Shown here in pieces: positions 12,546-26,000 of a DNA stretch of 64,000 nucleotides (positions within the stretch are counted from its first letter, which is position 1; every line of letters starts with the position of its first letter). The notes under the pieces are model-generated. The model did no database searches, had not been told where the DNA came from, and worked only from the letters and a program-made list of their open reading frames with translations. Source of the DNA: Eledone cirrhosa (taxonomy: Eukaryota); assembly GCA_964016885.1 (NCBI GenBank), contig OZ024740.1:82584001-82648000 (forward strand), read 5' to 3'. Position numbers and translations under genes: made by a program.

Positions 12546-13721
12546 CCAATTATGGGTTAACTAGCCTCAACAGCCTGCTATTGACCAAGCGTGTTGAGTA
12601 AGGCTACACCACTGACATGACCAAAGACAGAAAACTGGAAGTTAATCAGGGAGGGGTTCTTCATGTTGGAGTGAAAAGGCCCCGGATAGAATATATATAA
12701 TTTATAAAGACACAAAGATGACGTTACACCATTTATTACTGGGAAACATGTTTCCATGTTTTGCTCGCGTCTTTGTTGCATAATTATGTGATCTCTGTTA
12801 AACTTACGGTGATTGAAGAGCAACATAAAGATGAATACATTTTAAATCAAAGGAAAGGAAAAGAGATATGGGAGGTGGATATATAATTACAAAACATAAA
12901 ATGAATAAAGATATGAAAACACAAATACAATAATTATACCAAAATATGAAAATAACGGTAAATGTAGAAAGACAAAACGTACAAAAGTATAAATACTAAA
13001 GAAACAGGATATATAATAGCAGTTTTGACATCTAGTGTGGCATTGAGAGATGTGACCTAAACACATATTAATGATGTCCTATCTGAGTTTCCCTTGTAAA
13101 ACCGCCATTCACTTGAACATCTCTACAGACCAAAATCTACAAGTTAAAATTTACTGTCCACATTATTACAAAACGACAGAGAAGACATGTGTAAAGAAGT
13201 CATCAGTCAAACTGGTTGGTTTAATTCAGTTTAAACGTAGTTGTCGGGAAAATAGCCCAATAATAATATCTAAACTTTCTGCTCCCTATCTATAGTTTAA
13301 TAATGAATTTGCTTTTCTTAAACAGCAACCCTCAACTGCTCTTCTCTCTCTCTCCCCCACTCTCTATATCTGTCTATCTATCAATATGTATATAGGGGTG
13401 TGTGTGTGTGTATAAAATGTGTATATTTGTAAGTGGGTGTACGTGAGTATGTATGTAAAACTTTCCGTTGATTTGGTTGGATTTAATCTACATAAATGTA
13501 AATATGGGAGTACGATGACATTGATAGAGTTAAAATAAAGATATTTCATCATTTATTACTAACACGTTTCCATTATTCTGCTGCTTCACATTGTTGCATA
13601 ATTATTGTTTGTATAATCATGCTAATGGATATTTGTATTTGTAAACTTTTCCCTTATATTTGTATAATTCTTAAATCTTGGATTAATACATGAACTGAAT
13701 TAAACCGACCATTTTTCTTCT

Positions 13722-13792
13722 CTTTCTTCTTCTTCTTCTTCTTCTTCTTCTTCTTCTTCTTCTTCTTCTTCTTCTTCTTCTTCTTCTTCTTC
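13722..13792. repeat. (CTT)n microsatellite
   Basis: Directly visible. Confidence 0.95.
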
Positions 13793-14147
13793 TTTATATC
13801 AATCCATTATAATAAAACAACAATGTTTTCATATATATTCACGTTTACTATAATATTATACACGGCTACGCATTAAAGGAATAGGTTTTAGAATTCAGTT
13901 ATTTACATAATTTTCATGTTCTTAGGATTTCTAATAAGTTAGAAAACAATATGGAAAATTTCTTTTATTTATACATAATGCCTCAGGTGGTAATCTGTTC
14001 GACACAACGATTCTTTTCAAGTCCTCTTTATTGATATGCACCTATGTTTGATTGCTTGTTTGTGAGACTATCACTCTGTCCGTCTGTCTGTCAGTCTCTC
14101 TCTCTCTCTTTCTCTCTCTCGAACACACACACCCGCACACACACACA

Positions 14148-14195
<48 letters not shown>

Positions 14196-15538
14196 TTTCT
14201 CTCTCTCGTAATTCCTTCAAAGAATATAGAAATTGTAATGATATTTCTGTGACATTTCACTCCGGCTTAGATGAAAAATAATTTAGATGGAATATTCTCT
14301 GAATACTTAATTATGATCACACACATGAAAAGTATATAATTATCATCATACACATGCGGGGATAGATACTATTTGATTTAAATGGTACTAATGTATAATA
14401 CTGATATTATATTAAGACTGGCTGCAATATAGAGGTTTCTTCATATGTCCTTTTTGACGCCATCTGCTTGTTAAAATAAAGATATATAGATTTATTCCAC
14501 GTTATCGGGAGTTATTTTCAGTTACGGTTTTTTGCTTAAATTACTAAATATTTTACATACACCTATTTGCTCACATATGTCTCCATGATAATTACAAAAT
14601 ACATTGACTATAACTTTAAGATCTATATAACATGTCACTACATCAATAATTATCAACAGAATCTCTTACAAGGTTAAACCAGCATCATATTAAACGATAT
14701 ATACTTATTTCCCAGGAGATTTATTGGCTTGGCTATAAAAGAACATGTCAATGGGCGTATATTACATACATTTAAATAAGACCATAATGCGTCAATAATT
14801 CCATCTTAAAAAAGTAACCATCACCCGTCATATAATTACTATAAGATCCACACAAGAGTCAAACTTAAACCTCATTGAACCCATAATTCTACCATTCAAA
14901 TATAGTTTCCGAAAAACTAAATTATAATATCAGAAGTAGATTTTTGTTATTATATGTAACCAAAAACGAAATATGGTCACAGACAATGTAGCACGCACGC
15001 TGCGCTATCAGGTTCAATGATACATGTAACCTCACACACGTAACCTGATACACCAGATATTGAGTAAAATATCAACAACACTATCTAGTTATGTCGTTAT
15101 TCTAGCTACAACGTTTGTTGCTATGATTAATACGCATGTCGTGGTCAACAATTGATGGCGGCAACTGTTTTTCAGAAACGTCATTAAAGTGTCTTCCTGC
15201 TATAACAATTCTTATCACCATCTGAACACACATCTATTAACAGTCAAATTGCTTATTAAAATGAATAAGCATATTACCTGATTTATTTTGGCGTAATAAT
15301 TGGATTTGCATTTAATAAAATTTTAAGCAAGCCCTGACTCAGGAACAAAACATGAAATAAATTCATTATATATTTAAAACAGCTATCTTTTTTTTGTGGC
15401 CACCGTGGACAAAGAGAATTACCAGCTGCAGAAATTCCAATTGTGTATCAAATTTCCATGAGTAGCTCGAAACACCTCTCTGCTATAACTGAGTATCCAA
15501 ATGTTTTTTGCTTATAATAAAGCACGCATTATTAAATA

Positions 15539-15897
15539 CTAGCTGACGTACCCAGCTTCGCCCGGGTAAACAGATGATGAGAGAAGACAGGTAAAAGAGA
15601 AAATGACTGTATTGGATGTTTGTCTGGTTACAGTATGAGGCGAGTCCGTGGTGTCTGTGTGATACCAATAACAGTAAAATAAATCTTCCAGATATACCAG
15701 ATTCTTCGTTGTACCGTTTGTGCATAGTATATGAAAAATTCTAGGTGTTCCCACCTAGAATAGTGACCTCTAGAAGATGGTTCATCTTCTGCCTGACTGT
15801 AAAACGTGTATCATTGCATAGACGTGGTTGTTCCACGTTTTTCAAAAGGATGATGGCAGTTCCAATCTTTTATATTATATCTAGATATAGATATAGA
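15539..15897 (-). mobile_element. Short non-autonomous Helitron forming the 3' end of the composite
   Basis: It has its own 5' end (A|TCTATATCTATATCTAGATATAATATAAA), helicase scraps (KIGTAIILLKNVEQPRLCNDTR; TTKNLVYLEDL) and the hairpin plus CTAG. Confidence 0.7.
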
Positions 15898-16515
15898 TAA
15901 TTAATATAAAAGATGTCCGTGAATGTAAAAAGGTCCTTATTTACTTGAAATGGTTTATACAAATGCCAAATTAATATGGATATGGATAACATGCTTATCT
16001 ATAAGTGGTCAGCTATAATAATAAAACAACAAATTATATGACAAACATTTATTGAGTAATTTCCAGGCTCTTAGCCACTGAGTAATAGACAGTCAATATT
16101 GCCCATAGTTCAACTCGGGGAGGTGGCCTGGTTTGAACTCCAAATGGCTGATCCTTCTACTTCGAAAATAGAATCGTTTTTCAATATTACTCTAGCTCTG
16201 GCCGGCCATAGGCACCAAACTTTTTGCCAGACTCCGCATATGATGAGGTTTTATTACCACCGCTATTAGAAGCGATAAATTTAAAGGCAATTTCTACCAA
16301 TACTTGTTGGTTTTTATTGCTCATTATCGACAATAAATGACATTGAACATAAATGATAACTCTGTCAAAGCTCACAATACTGATCAAAGGACACCAATGT
16401 CCGAATCATTTACGTCGCTTATTGATAGCATTAAAGATATGCATACATCAGCTCAAAGCTTCATTATAGACACTATTCAGGGTTGTTCCTCTGTTAGTGG
16501 TATCAATTGGAAATT

Positions 16516-19500
16516 TTACACCATCAGGATCGCACACTCGAGATGCAGCAACATTTTCCCATGGCTGAATGCTGGATCATTCAAGTAGACACCGACTCGC
16601 TTGAAAGTATGTCCCTGTACCTTGTTGACAGTCATGGAGAAGGCCAAATTAACGGGAAACTGTCTCCTTTGCCAAATAAATGGCAGCAGATCTTCACTTG
16701 GTCTCAGCATGATCCTCGGAATGAGAACCGATTCCTCTCTGCCTGGGAGTTTAGCTTCTAAATCTCTTCGGTTAATCAATCTCTCAACAATCAATCTGGT
16801 ACCATTGCAAAGACCTATTTTATGATTGATATTTCTAAGCAATATAATCGGCATACCCTTTTTCAACCTCAAAATATCTGGGGGGGAATCCGGTTATTTT
16901 AAGTGAATTCAGATACTCAGTCGGAACATCCATATTGTTCTACTGATTAGGCTCCATTGTATCCGCACTGATGGTCAACCATTCCTCTCAAGGAAACATT
17001 CCGGCTACTTGTGAATTTATTTCATCGACCGTTGCATTCGTATGAGTTAGAATAACGCGTTCCAATATCCAGGAGATATTCTGCCAAAAAGCATTCAAAT
17101 TAGGGAACACCCAGTCAATCAATGCTTGGCGGTCCAGTGGCATGACCAAATGGTCTGGGATTCTTACACTCTGATTATCACCAACGTGTGGCATTTGATC
17201 GTTTCCCAACTGCATCAACCATCGGCCGTATGTCTCAGCCTCTTCGTTTTGCCCGAACATACGAAGTCGCATATTATCGTGTAATAGCAAAACTTTGTAA
17301 TGGTGCCACAACGGGGACTTTTTCAGACATGCATCGACAATTTGCGCTCTTTGAGCATTCCTAACAATTGGTAGAACCTGTCTGAAATCGCCACCAAGAA
17401 CGATAGTCTTACCACCGAATGGCAGGTCACTACAGCAGATATCTCTCAAAGTTCTGTCCAATGCCTCCAGCAAATATATGTGTGCCATTGGAGCCTCGTC
17501 CCAAATAATCAGAGACGTATTGCGTATAAGGCCCGCGAGTTCACTTTGTCCTGTAATGTTACAGACACTCAACTCATCCGGAGCCAATGGAGCCTTGAAG
17601 CATGAGTGGAAGGTACTTCCACCACTCAGCAAAGTGCCAGCGATCCCACTGGTGGCCACAGGGAGAGCAATCTTCCTCTGAGCTCTGACTGCCGATAGCA
17701 TAGTGTTGAAACAGAATGTATTTCCGGTGCCTCCTGGAGCATCTATGAAAGCACAAAGTTGCTCATTAGTGGAAATTGAGTGGAGAACGCCATCGACCAA
17801 TTCTGTCTGAGGTTGGGTCAACATTGGCATACGTTCATCCACAATACATTGCTGTTCTAGTGGATCAAACTGGAATAGTTCCCTCCGATCGAGTGACAAC
17901 CGTCTAAGCTGCAATCTCATGTTCAATGCTAAGACGCGTTGCCGCATTTCTTCATCAAACATTTGAAATTAACTTCAAGCAGTTGCTCGATATTGAGCAA
18001 AACAATAGCTTTCATCAAATTTTTATCATCGACCTGAAGATGATGTCTAAAATCATCAGACATAATTCTCCAAATAACTCTCTTGGATCGGCAGGATTGC
18101 AGAATACTAGAATTGTGACAAACAACTGCCTTATTTGAGCTGGCATCTGTGTTGTTCCTGCAGTTTCGATGGCGTTATTCTATTCAGCGTCATCCTGAAG
18201 GTGTCCCAGATGCTGACACACAGCCTGGTATGTTTCGTATTACACGCCATTGATTGTTTTCAAATCAGCGAAGCTCTGTATACCTCTCGAAAAATCACTA
18301 TGCAACAGAATTCGGAGATAAAACACATCACCAGCTGCTGGATGGACATTACAAACCCGTCCAATAGTCATGAATCTCAACTTTTGTTTTCTATCATTCC
18401 ATTTCTTTTCCTTCTTATGCCACGTATAGTGCGAAGGGAAATCGCAGTAGAGCTGCCTTTGATCCGGGTTCAAAGCATGTTCCCTATTATGCTTGAACCA
18501 CTCAGTCAATTCCTTCTTAGGAGGTGGTGTGTTAGCAATTATTTCGTCACCTCTTCTAGTGTCCTGAAAACAGACCATTTGCCTATTCTCTAAGTAAACC
18601 GCCAGTTTCTGAACGCTGGGTTTGCGTTCATTGAGATCAAAATCGAACAATCTCCAGCAAGCTTCGCTAGATCCAATCGAGCGAACATCCTGGAACCTGC
18701 CAACTTCATCTCCTTGGTTCGCTTCCTCATTCCTGACATTGATCATTGCCCCATCATGACCTTTGTAAACATATTTGAATAGATATTTGCAAGCTTTCAC
18801 TGAGCTACAAATTTCTACATTAATATGACAACGATATTTCATAATCAAATATGGATTGTATGGCACAACCCATTGATTTGTAACCTGTCGACCGTTTACA
18901 TTTTCGTCGCCATCGGCAGGCGACCGTCTTCAGGAAGTGTTCGTGACAAAAGATTTCGGAAAGTGCTTACTGCATTGGCCATTTTTCCTGCAAGGTGCTT
19001 TCCGATTTGCCACTCCGCATTGGTGTGCACCATTGACTTTGCCACCAAGTTGCGTAGTGCCTCATTCTCCGGCAGTTCAGCACACACAATGCTGTCAACA
19101 TCCTCAGCACATCTCAATTTACAATCTCTATGTAAAATGATCAGCAAATGTGCATGTGGTAATCCTCTTTTTTGGAATTGAATTACCTATGTAAAAGCAA
19201 CTATACCTCAAAAGATTCCCTCTTTTTCCACATGATCCATTATCTTTTTCAGATATCCTTTGAATACTCTTGCCACAATATCAGGACGGTCCTTTGGCTG
19301 TTGTCCTGCCAAAAGTGCATCCTTAATATCAGTCCATTCAGGATTGCATGTAACCGTTATCAACAAATCTGGCTTTCCTAACTTTCTGACAATAGCCATT
19401 GCATCCTGATAGCGAATGTTCATATATCTCGGGCCGCCGATGAACGACGATGGCAAAATGATGCGTCGACCAATTTGCTTGTAATTGGCATCATCGGCTG

Positions 19501-20894
19501 TTATCGCATCCTATATATTATTATACAATTCAGCTCTGATATGTTGCTGATGTGTAACTATATAATTTAGCCTTTGATTTTCGATATTTGCGAATGCCAT
19601 ACAACAGTATTCCTGGAACAATCTGCTGGCTTGAAATATCGCATTTATCTGTTGATTCCTCTCGTTCAAATGGAACGCGTAAAAGTTGCGAATCGAATTA
19701 TTGTGTCCCTCCCTGTTGATGCAGATTCTCATGATCATCTAAATGAACAGACATGTTCCATCCATTTTCACCTTTTGGGAATAAAAGAACATAATGCAAT
19801 GGATCGTATGCCCTATTTGACTCATTGATAGTCTTGAGACCACCATCTCTGCGATTGAAGACGATATCTCTCGCTCTAGGCTTATCGTCCATCAACACAC
19901 CAGCTTCTCGAAATCCTTCAGGGGCATTATATCGCCGTTCGTGTTGATTCCTTGGCACTGCGTCAGTCTTAATCGTCAATGTTTACTGCTGAACATTTCG
20001 CAGTTCAGCCACCAACATGAAATCCATAACATAAGGATTACACTGTCTAAGCCATGATTGCAAATCACGGATCAAATCACTTAACCTTTGCCGTTCAATT
20101 TCAGTTATATTTCCCGGCAACTTCATCCAACCGATCCTGATATCCTCCTCCGATTCACTATAATCTGGATCGTTAACGTAAATTGGAGCAAATCGAGGCC
20201 TCTCTCCTGGGGTAACTTCTAAATTACCGATACAAGAATACAAACGGCCTTGAATGACTACATTCGGTTGCCATGCTCCACTCTCAAACATTTCACTAAC
20301 TATCTGCGATGCTAAAGCTAATGAATTGTTAATTTGCCGCGAATATTTGCGCAGTAATCTACCTCGGTCTCCTTGATCACCCCACGTACCTAGTATTTTA
20401 AACTCCGGTGACTCCTCATCATCCGGTATTCGCAAGGGTTCTAGTTGAACTGCTCCTTTATGACAGGACATTGTGGTCCACATCGTTTCGTGCCTCCAAA
20501 GCAAAGCTCCACAATGTGGACACTCTGCTCGTCCACCAATCTGAAAATGATACGGTTGCATTTTTAATATCATCCGTTCGCCTTCTAGCCTCTTTACTAG
20601 AATGAGGAGCACTTTGGCGACACATTCTCTGAACTTCTGTATTGCGCTGGCGCTGTTCAGCCAGTTCGTCTTCAACCAGCGCAGCACGCCGTCGCTGCTT
20701 GGCTCGAGTGTTTCGTTGGCGTTTTCATCCAGCTCCTCTTCATTCATGGCGGCACGTCTTCGCCTCTGAAGTTCGGCGTTCCGATGGCGCTGTTCGGCCC
20801 GTTTTTCTTCATTGCTGGCTGCACGCCGTCGCTGCTGTTGTTCACTGTTTGATAAAGTCGAATTGCTTTTATTATCAGTGTTCATTTCGAGCAA
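16516..20894 (-). pseudogene. Helitron Rep/Pif1-helicase (RepHel), frameshifted
   Basis: HUH Rep motifs: PDLLITVTCNPEW, QFQKRGLPHAHLL (~19140-19185), KYLFKYVYKG. Pif1 motifs: APGGTGNTF (Walker A K->N), IIWDEAPM, GGDFRQVLP, GLCNGTRL, FSMTVNKVQG. N-terminal CPHC. Confidence 0.95.
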
Positions 20895-20899
20895 TTCTC

Positions 20900-21572
20900 A
20901 AAAAAAGACACAATAATAAATATAAAAGATATCCGTCAATGTAAAGAAAGGTCCCTATTTACTCCCTTCACAACACTGTGTATGTTAGACTGACAGACAG
21001 GCACAGAGACAGATAAACTGTGTGGCGATTGTGGAACACCACACACATACCGTATGGAAACGCGCACACGCACGCAAACTTACACACGCACACACTCACA
21101 CATGTTGATAGTTTTTAGTTTCTGTGGAACGCTGCATGCACGCATACACACATAAACATACGCTCACGTACATACACTCGCACACATGTTAATAGTTATT
21201 GCTTTCCTTCCCCGCTTATGTCCACACACATCACACATGTCCCTTCACTGATACATATACATAGTGTATAAAAAATGACACAATAATAAATATAAAAGAT
21301 GTCCGTCAATTTAAAGAAAGGTCCCTATTTACTCCCTTCACAACTCTGTGTATGTTAGACTAACAGACAGGCACACAGACAGATAAACTGCGTGGCGATT
21401 GAGGAACGCCACACATATACACGCATGGAAACGCGCACACGCACGCAAACTTACACACGCACACACTCACACATGTTGATAGTTTTTACTTTCTGTGGAA
21501 CGCTGCACGCACGCACACACACATAAACATATGGGCACGTACATACACACGCACACATGTTACTAGTTATTG
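20900..21572. repeat. Tandem duplication (~370-bp period) in the Helitron 5' region
   Basis: GACACAATAATAAATATAAAAGAT..CCGTCAAT starts at ~20907 and ~21278. Confidence 0.85.
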
Positions 21573-22029
21573 AACACAGCGTTCACACTCTCCCCTCTCA
21601 CTCCCTCATTGGCATTATGCATATTAATTTCAGTTTGGCGTCGTTGAGGTGGGCGGAGTCGTTTGAAACCTATGAACCAATGATAATCGAGAATTATGAC
21701 ACACGGAATTCTGACGTTGTTCAAATTAATATATAGATTTTATTCTATTGAATGAACCACTTTGTCTAAGGTGTATAATGTAATATTGACAGTAATATAT
21801 TATTTGAATAATAGTCCGTTTACGGAATAGATATCGTATCTTGCAAATATAATGTGCTGTGCGTCTGTAAAAATGTAACATGTTTGCAATGTCACACTTA
21901 GAAGAAATGATGGGTTATATGGATTGCTTTCAAACCTCAATTGTTTGCTGTCCTTGCTAGATATGTGCATGGTAATTTCGTAATTTCTATTATTATTAAA
22001 ATTGTTGTGTTATTTCGTTTAGCTCAGTT

Positions 22030-22850
22030 GTGTTTCCCTAATGTCTGGTTCGGGCCTTGAACCTAAAGCAATAGATGTTTTCATTGTAGAGAGAGAACTC
22101 GTCTGAGAAAGTGGGTGTGCTGTTCCTAGTAGCCTGATTCCTATAGTTCATACTTGTTAATCTTGCAGGGAATCACGCTAAGGTGTGGGTCTGATGATTT
22201 GCGTATTATTCCTACTGTTCCTTTTATCACAGGGATATTGTTTGCGGTCATTCTCCCCATGTGGTTGATCTCTATTCCCAGGTCTTTGTATTTGGACAGT
22301 TTTTCCATTGATTTTACATATGTATTCTTGTCAGCTGGTACGACAATATCTATAAGGTTACATGTCCGATCTGTTTTGTTTTTATGAAGATATCTGGTCT
22401 GTTGGCAGCGATTTCTTGGTCGGTTTCCACACACATATCCCTGAAGATGGATATGTCTAACTTTTGCATGTCAGTGCTTGGTTGAGGTTCAAATCATTTG
22501 TCAGACGTTAGGATGACATGAGAGCGGCAGAGCAGCCAGTGCACATATTTGGCAATGCGGTTGTGTCTTTTAATATATTCAGTTTTTGCCAGCTCTGGAC
22601 ACCCGCAGTTAGAACGATCCACCGTTTCAATGTTTGTAGCATATTTTTCATAGGGCGCTATTCACATCTTTCATTATTCTCTGTCTATAGGCACGAGTGT
22701 TTAGAGATTGGACTTGTGCAACAACTAAGAGTCTTACAGTCTCTGCTTTCAAACCAGTACTTCTGAGCCAGGATAGTGAGCAATGTTGATCCATATCATT
22801 ATCAGGAAGTCTGGGAATCTACAATATAGTGGTTTTGCCTTCTAAACTAT
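22030..22850 (-). mobile_element. R4/Dong-like (RLE endonuclease) non-LTR retrotransposon 3' remnant
   Basis: LIDIVVPAD...EKLSKYKDL...IPVIKGTVG is typical of the restriction-like endonuclease C-terminus. Confidence 0.75.
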
Positions 22851-22860
22851 TATTAATATT

Positions 22861-23041
22861 GGATTGGCAGTATCAGTAGAGGGTCGGACGCCATGCCTTC
22901 CAGCATAGTTACGTCCCTTTACGATCTGAGTTCAAATCCCGCCGAGGTTGACTTTGCCTTTCATCCTTACGGGGGTCGATAAAATAAAGTACCAGTAATA
23001 CACTGGTGGATTGCTGGACTTGTGCCTAAAGTAGAAACAAT
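22861..23041 (+). mobile_element. tRNA-derived SINE (family B) with (ATT)n tail
   Basis: B-box GAGTTCAAATCC followed by GACTTTGCCTTTCATCCTTACGGGGGTCGATAAAATAAAGTACCAG. About 10 copies in the window. Confidence 0.85.
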
Positions 23042-23074
23042 TATTATTATTAATATTATTATTATTATTATTAT

Positions 23075-26000
23075 GGAATGGAATGGATTTGGAGACTCTT
23101 CTCCAAATGAAACCAGAGGACATGAACGACATCCCGGATTTTGCCCGCCTGCAGGACGGGACAACAATCCACCTAATCACTGGGGCAAGAAGGCCGCACT
23201 GATTCGTCTGCGGGTAAGCAACGCATCTGCAAGCATTCTGCCATCAGCGCAAAAATTCAGGGGGTCGCAAACCTCCTTTGTTGCACGGAAAGCTGCTTAA
23301 CGATCACCAAAACAACACCAACAAAGACACGGACACCAACATCAAAAACAGCCGGACCACCACCATCAGCGAAACCAATCATAGGGGAAAACGGAGAAAG
23401 CTCTCCCACTAACAACCCCCACCCCCACCCCTCCACAATTATACACTTAGACAACACAATAAACGCACACACAGACACAGAGACACTCACAGCCACAGAC
23501 CCTTTGTCTTCCAGCAGCGAAGAAGGATAACCCAAAAGTGCCCCAAAAAACAAAGAAAACTCACAAAAAAAGCCCCAATAAAACACAAAAACATACACAA
23601 CAATAGATACAGACACCACTAATGATAACACTTCCCCAATAACATCAGCACCAACAGCAACACCGACACCACCCCCACAATACCCGAAACGCAAACAACC
23701 TAAACAAACACAAGTACAAATAAACACACACACACCTGAAATTGCAGACACCACACCTACAACAAACACAGACATACCCTAAACACATCACCAAAACCAT
23801 AACCACCACAGTCACCAAAACGAATCAAATAAAACCACACCAACAAAATGTTAAAAACTTCATGCTTGTCAGAAGCGCCAACGATAAACTGATGGCCCTC
23901 TTAGTACGAAGCGAGGACATTCAAACAGAGGGAGAGATCTTTGAAATGAGCACATTTTGCGTGCCAGAAGATTTGCCTCTGGTCTGAATGTCACTCGATT
24001 TCTTCAAAGAAATTCGGGAGAGCTTTCCTGAAGACGTGGGAACCCCGAATGTGAAACTCACATCGAAACAAAAGAAACCCCACCAACCATGGAAGTCGAA
24101 CCACCCGACCTTTACAAGACCACGGGAGGTAAGTAAACCTTCCCGTAATATGGCCATGTTGGCAAGCTAAAAGAGAGGGGAGTTAAGTAAACCTTCCCTC
24201 TCTTTTAGCTTGCCAACCTGGCCATATTAAGAGTAGGAAGTTTAAATGTTCGCAGCCTGGGGTCACCCTCGAAGCAGGGTCGCCTGCTCAACGACCTCAG
24301 GTCACTGGAAATGGATGGGATTGCCGTCAGCGAGACCAGAATTTCCGACAGGCGCGCACTAGCCCCCATTTTCGACGACTAACAGATCTTCGCATCTATT
24401 AGCAGGCCGGGAATGGGAGGTGGGGTTGCAGTTCTGTTTAGGAAAGCACTGGATCTCGAGGCAAGATCGATCTTCCGGGACCCGGACGGTAAGTTGGTGG
24501 TCTTGGATGGGAGCAGTAGCGAAGGTAGTGCCTTTAGACTGCCGTCTACGCCCCTACAGGGGCCGGACGACTGGACTTCTTTAGGCGCCTGGAGACATTT
24601 CGGGGTACGTATTGCTCTTTACTGTTAGCAGGGGACTGGAACGGCATCTTAGACGCACGCTGGGATTGTGTGGGTGTAACTGATAGGACGGCGGGGGGGG
24701 GGGGGGGGGTGAACAATCCTCAAGCACCTAATCAGCCAGTTCCAACTGTCTGACAAGTATCGACTAGATTTCCCCAATGCGCCAGTATAGACATTGATCA
24801 ACGGCATGGGGTCATCTAGATCGTATATAGACAGGATCTTCATTAGGAAAACAGATAGAAATAGTGTAGGCTGCCCACTTTTTAAAACGGTCGCCTATTC
24901 AGATCACAAATTTGCGATGTGTATGGTCGACCTGGATAAAACGCGTAGGTTGGGACCGGGTTACTGGATGCTGACCATGTCATTTCTAGTACGGAAGGCT
25001 TACAGGGACCGAGTCAATGATTTAGTTAAGCAAAAGTTGACAGGGGGCATCATCAATAATAGATGGTGGGGGCTCTCAAAAGAGAGATTAGAGTAATTTT
25101 GATAGAGTTCCACAAAGAACTAGCGTTAGAGTAAAATAGAAAGGAGGGGGAGCTGGTAGATGAGTTAGATGAGGCTATTTGTAGTGGCATTGCAACTGAT
25201 GTGCTAGCGGCGAGAATGGCATTAGGCCATTTCTTCACAAAGGTTGCATTGTTAGTACTAAGGCGCGTTCGCTGAGAAACGAAGGAACCAAAGGTGTTCG
25301 ATGGGCCCGCGTGGCGGAGGCGCAACATGGTAATAAAACCACAATTCGGTCATTGGCGGACCGAGACGGACACGAGATAAGCAATTCCAAGCGGATGTGT
25401 GAGGCCTTTCACCAGCACTTTGCTCGGTTGTTCGAGGAGAGTGGCGAGTCAGGGAGAGTATCGGATTGCAGTCTCTATCTTGACCTCTTGCCGCGCATCT
25501 TGATGGTCGACGCTGAGCGCTGCGAAAGACCGATTACTTCAGCCGAAATTCAGGACGCCCTTGGCGGCTGCATAAGCCGTAAGTCACCCGGTTTGGATGG
25601 CCTGTCCTACGCGCTTTAGGTAAATATGCCAGACTTGTTCTCCGATCTCCTCGAAGCAGTCTACTGGAACTGGCAGCAGAATGGGAGTATTCCCTGTTCT
25701 GTGTGCAGAGGAATGGTGACGCTGATAAGGAAAGATGAGAACAAGAGGGGTACATTACACAACTTCAGACCCATAACTCTGCTCAACACAGAGTTTAAGA
25801 TTTTGGCCAAGGTGTTAGATTGCTGCTTATCGTCGAGGATTTGGTTGGGGAGACGCAAACTTGCGTAATCACATCCAGATCCCTATATGACAATGTCCAC
25901 CTCATGCGATACATCATAGAGAAGATAGGGTGTAAACCTGGTTTCGGTGAGGCACTGATCAATTTAGATCAATCGAAAGCATTCGATGGGGTCGACCATC

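Larger units (their letters stand above)
15539..21737 (-). mobile_element. Helitron (decayed autonomous, composite)
   Basis: The 5' end is A|TCTATATATTAA at 21737. The 3' end is the hairpin ACCCGGgcgaagCTGGGT plus CTAG|T at 15539, with no TSD. RepHel remnants lie inside. Confidence 0.9.

Noticed and set aside
16187-16215. Alternative Helitron 3' end (CTAG at ~16192)
   Set aside because: No convincing hairpin, and it is not followed by T.
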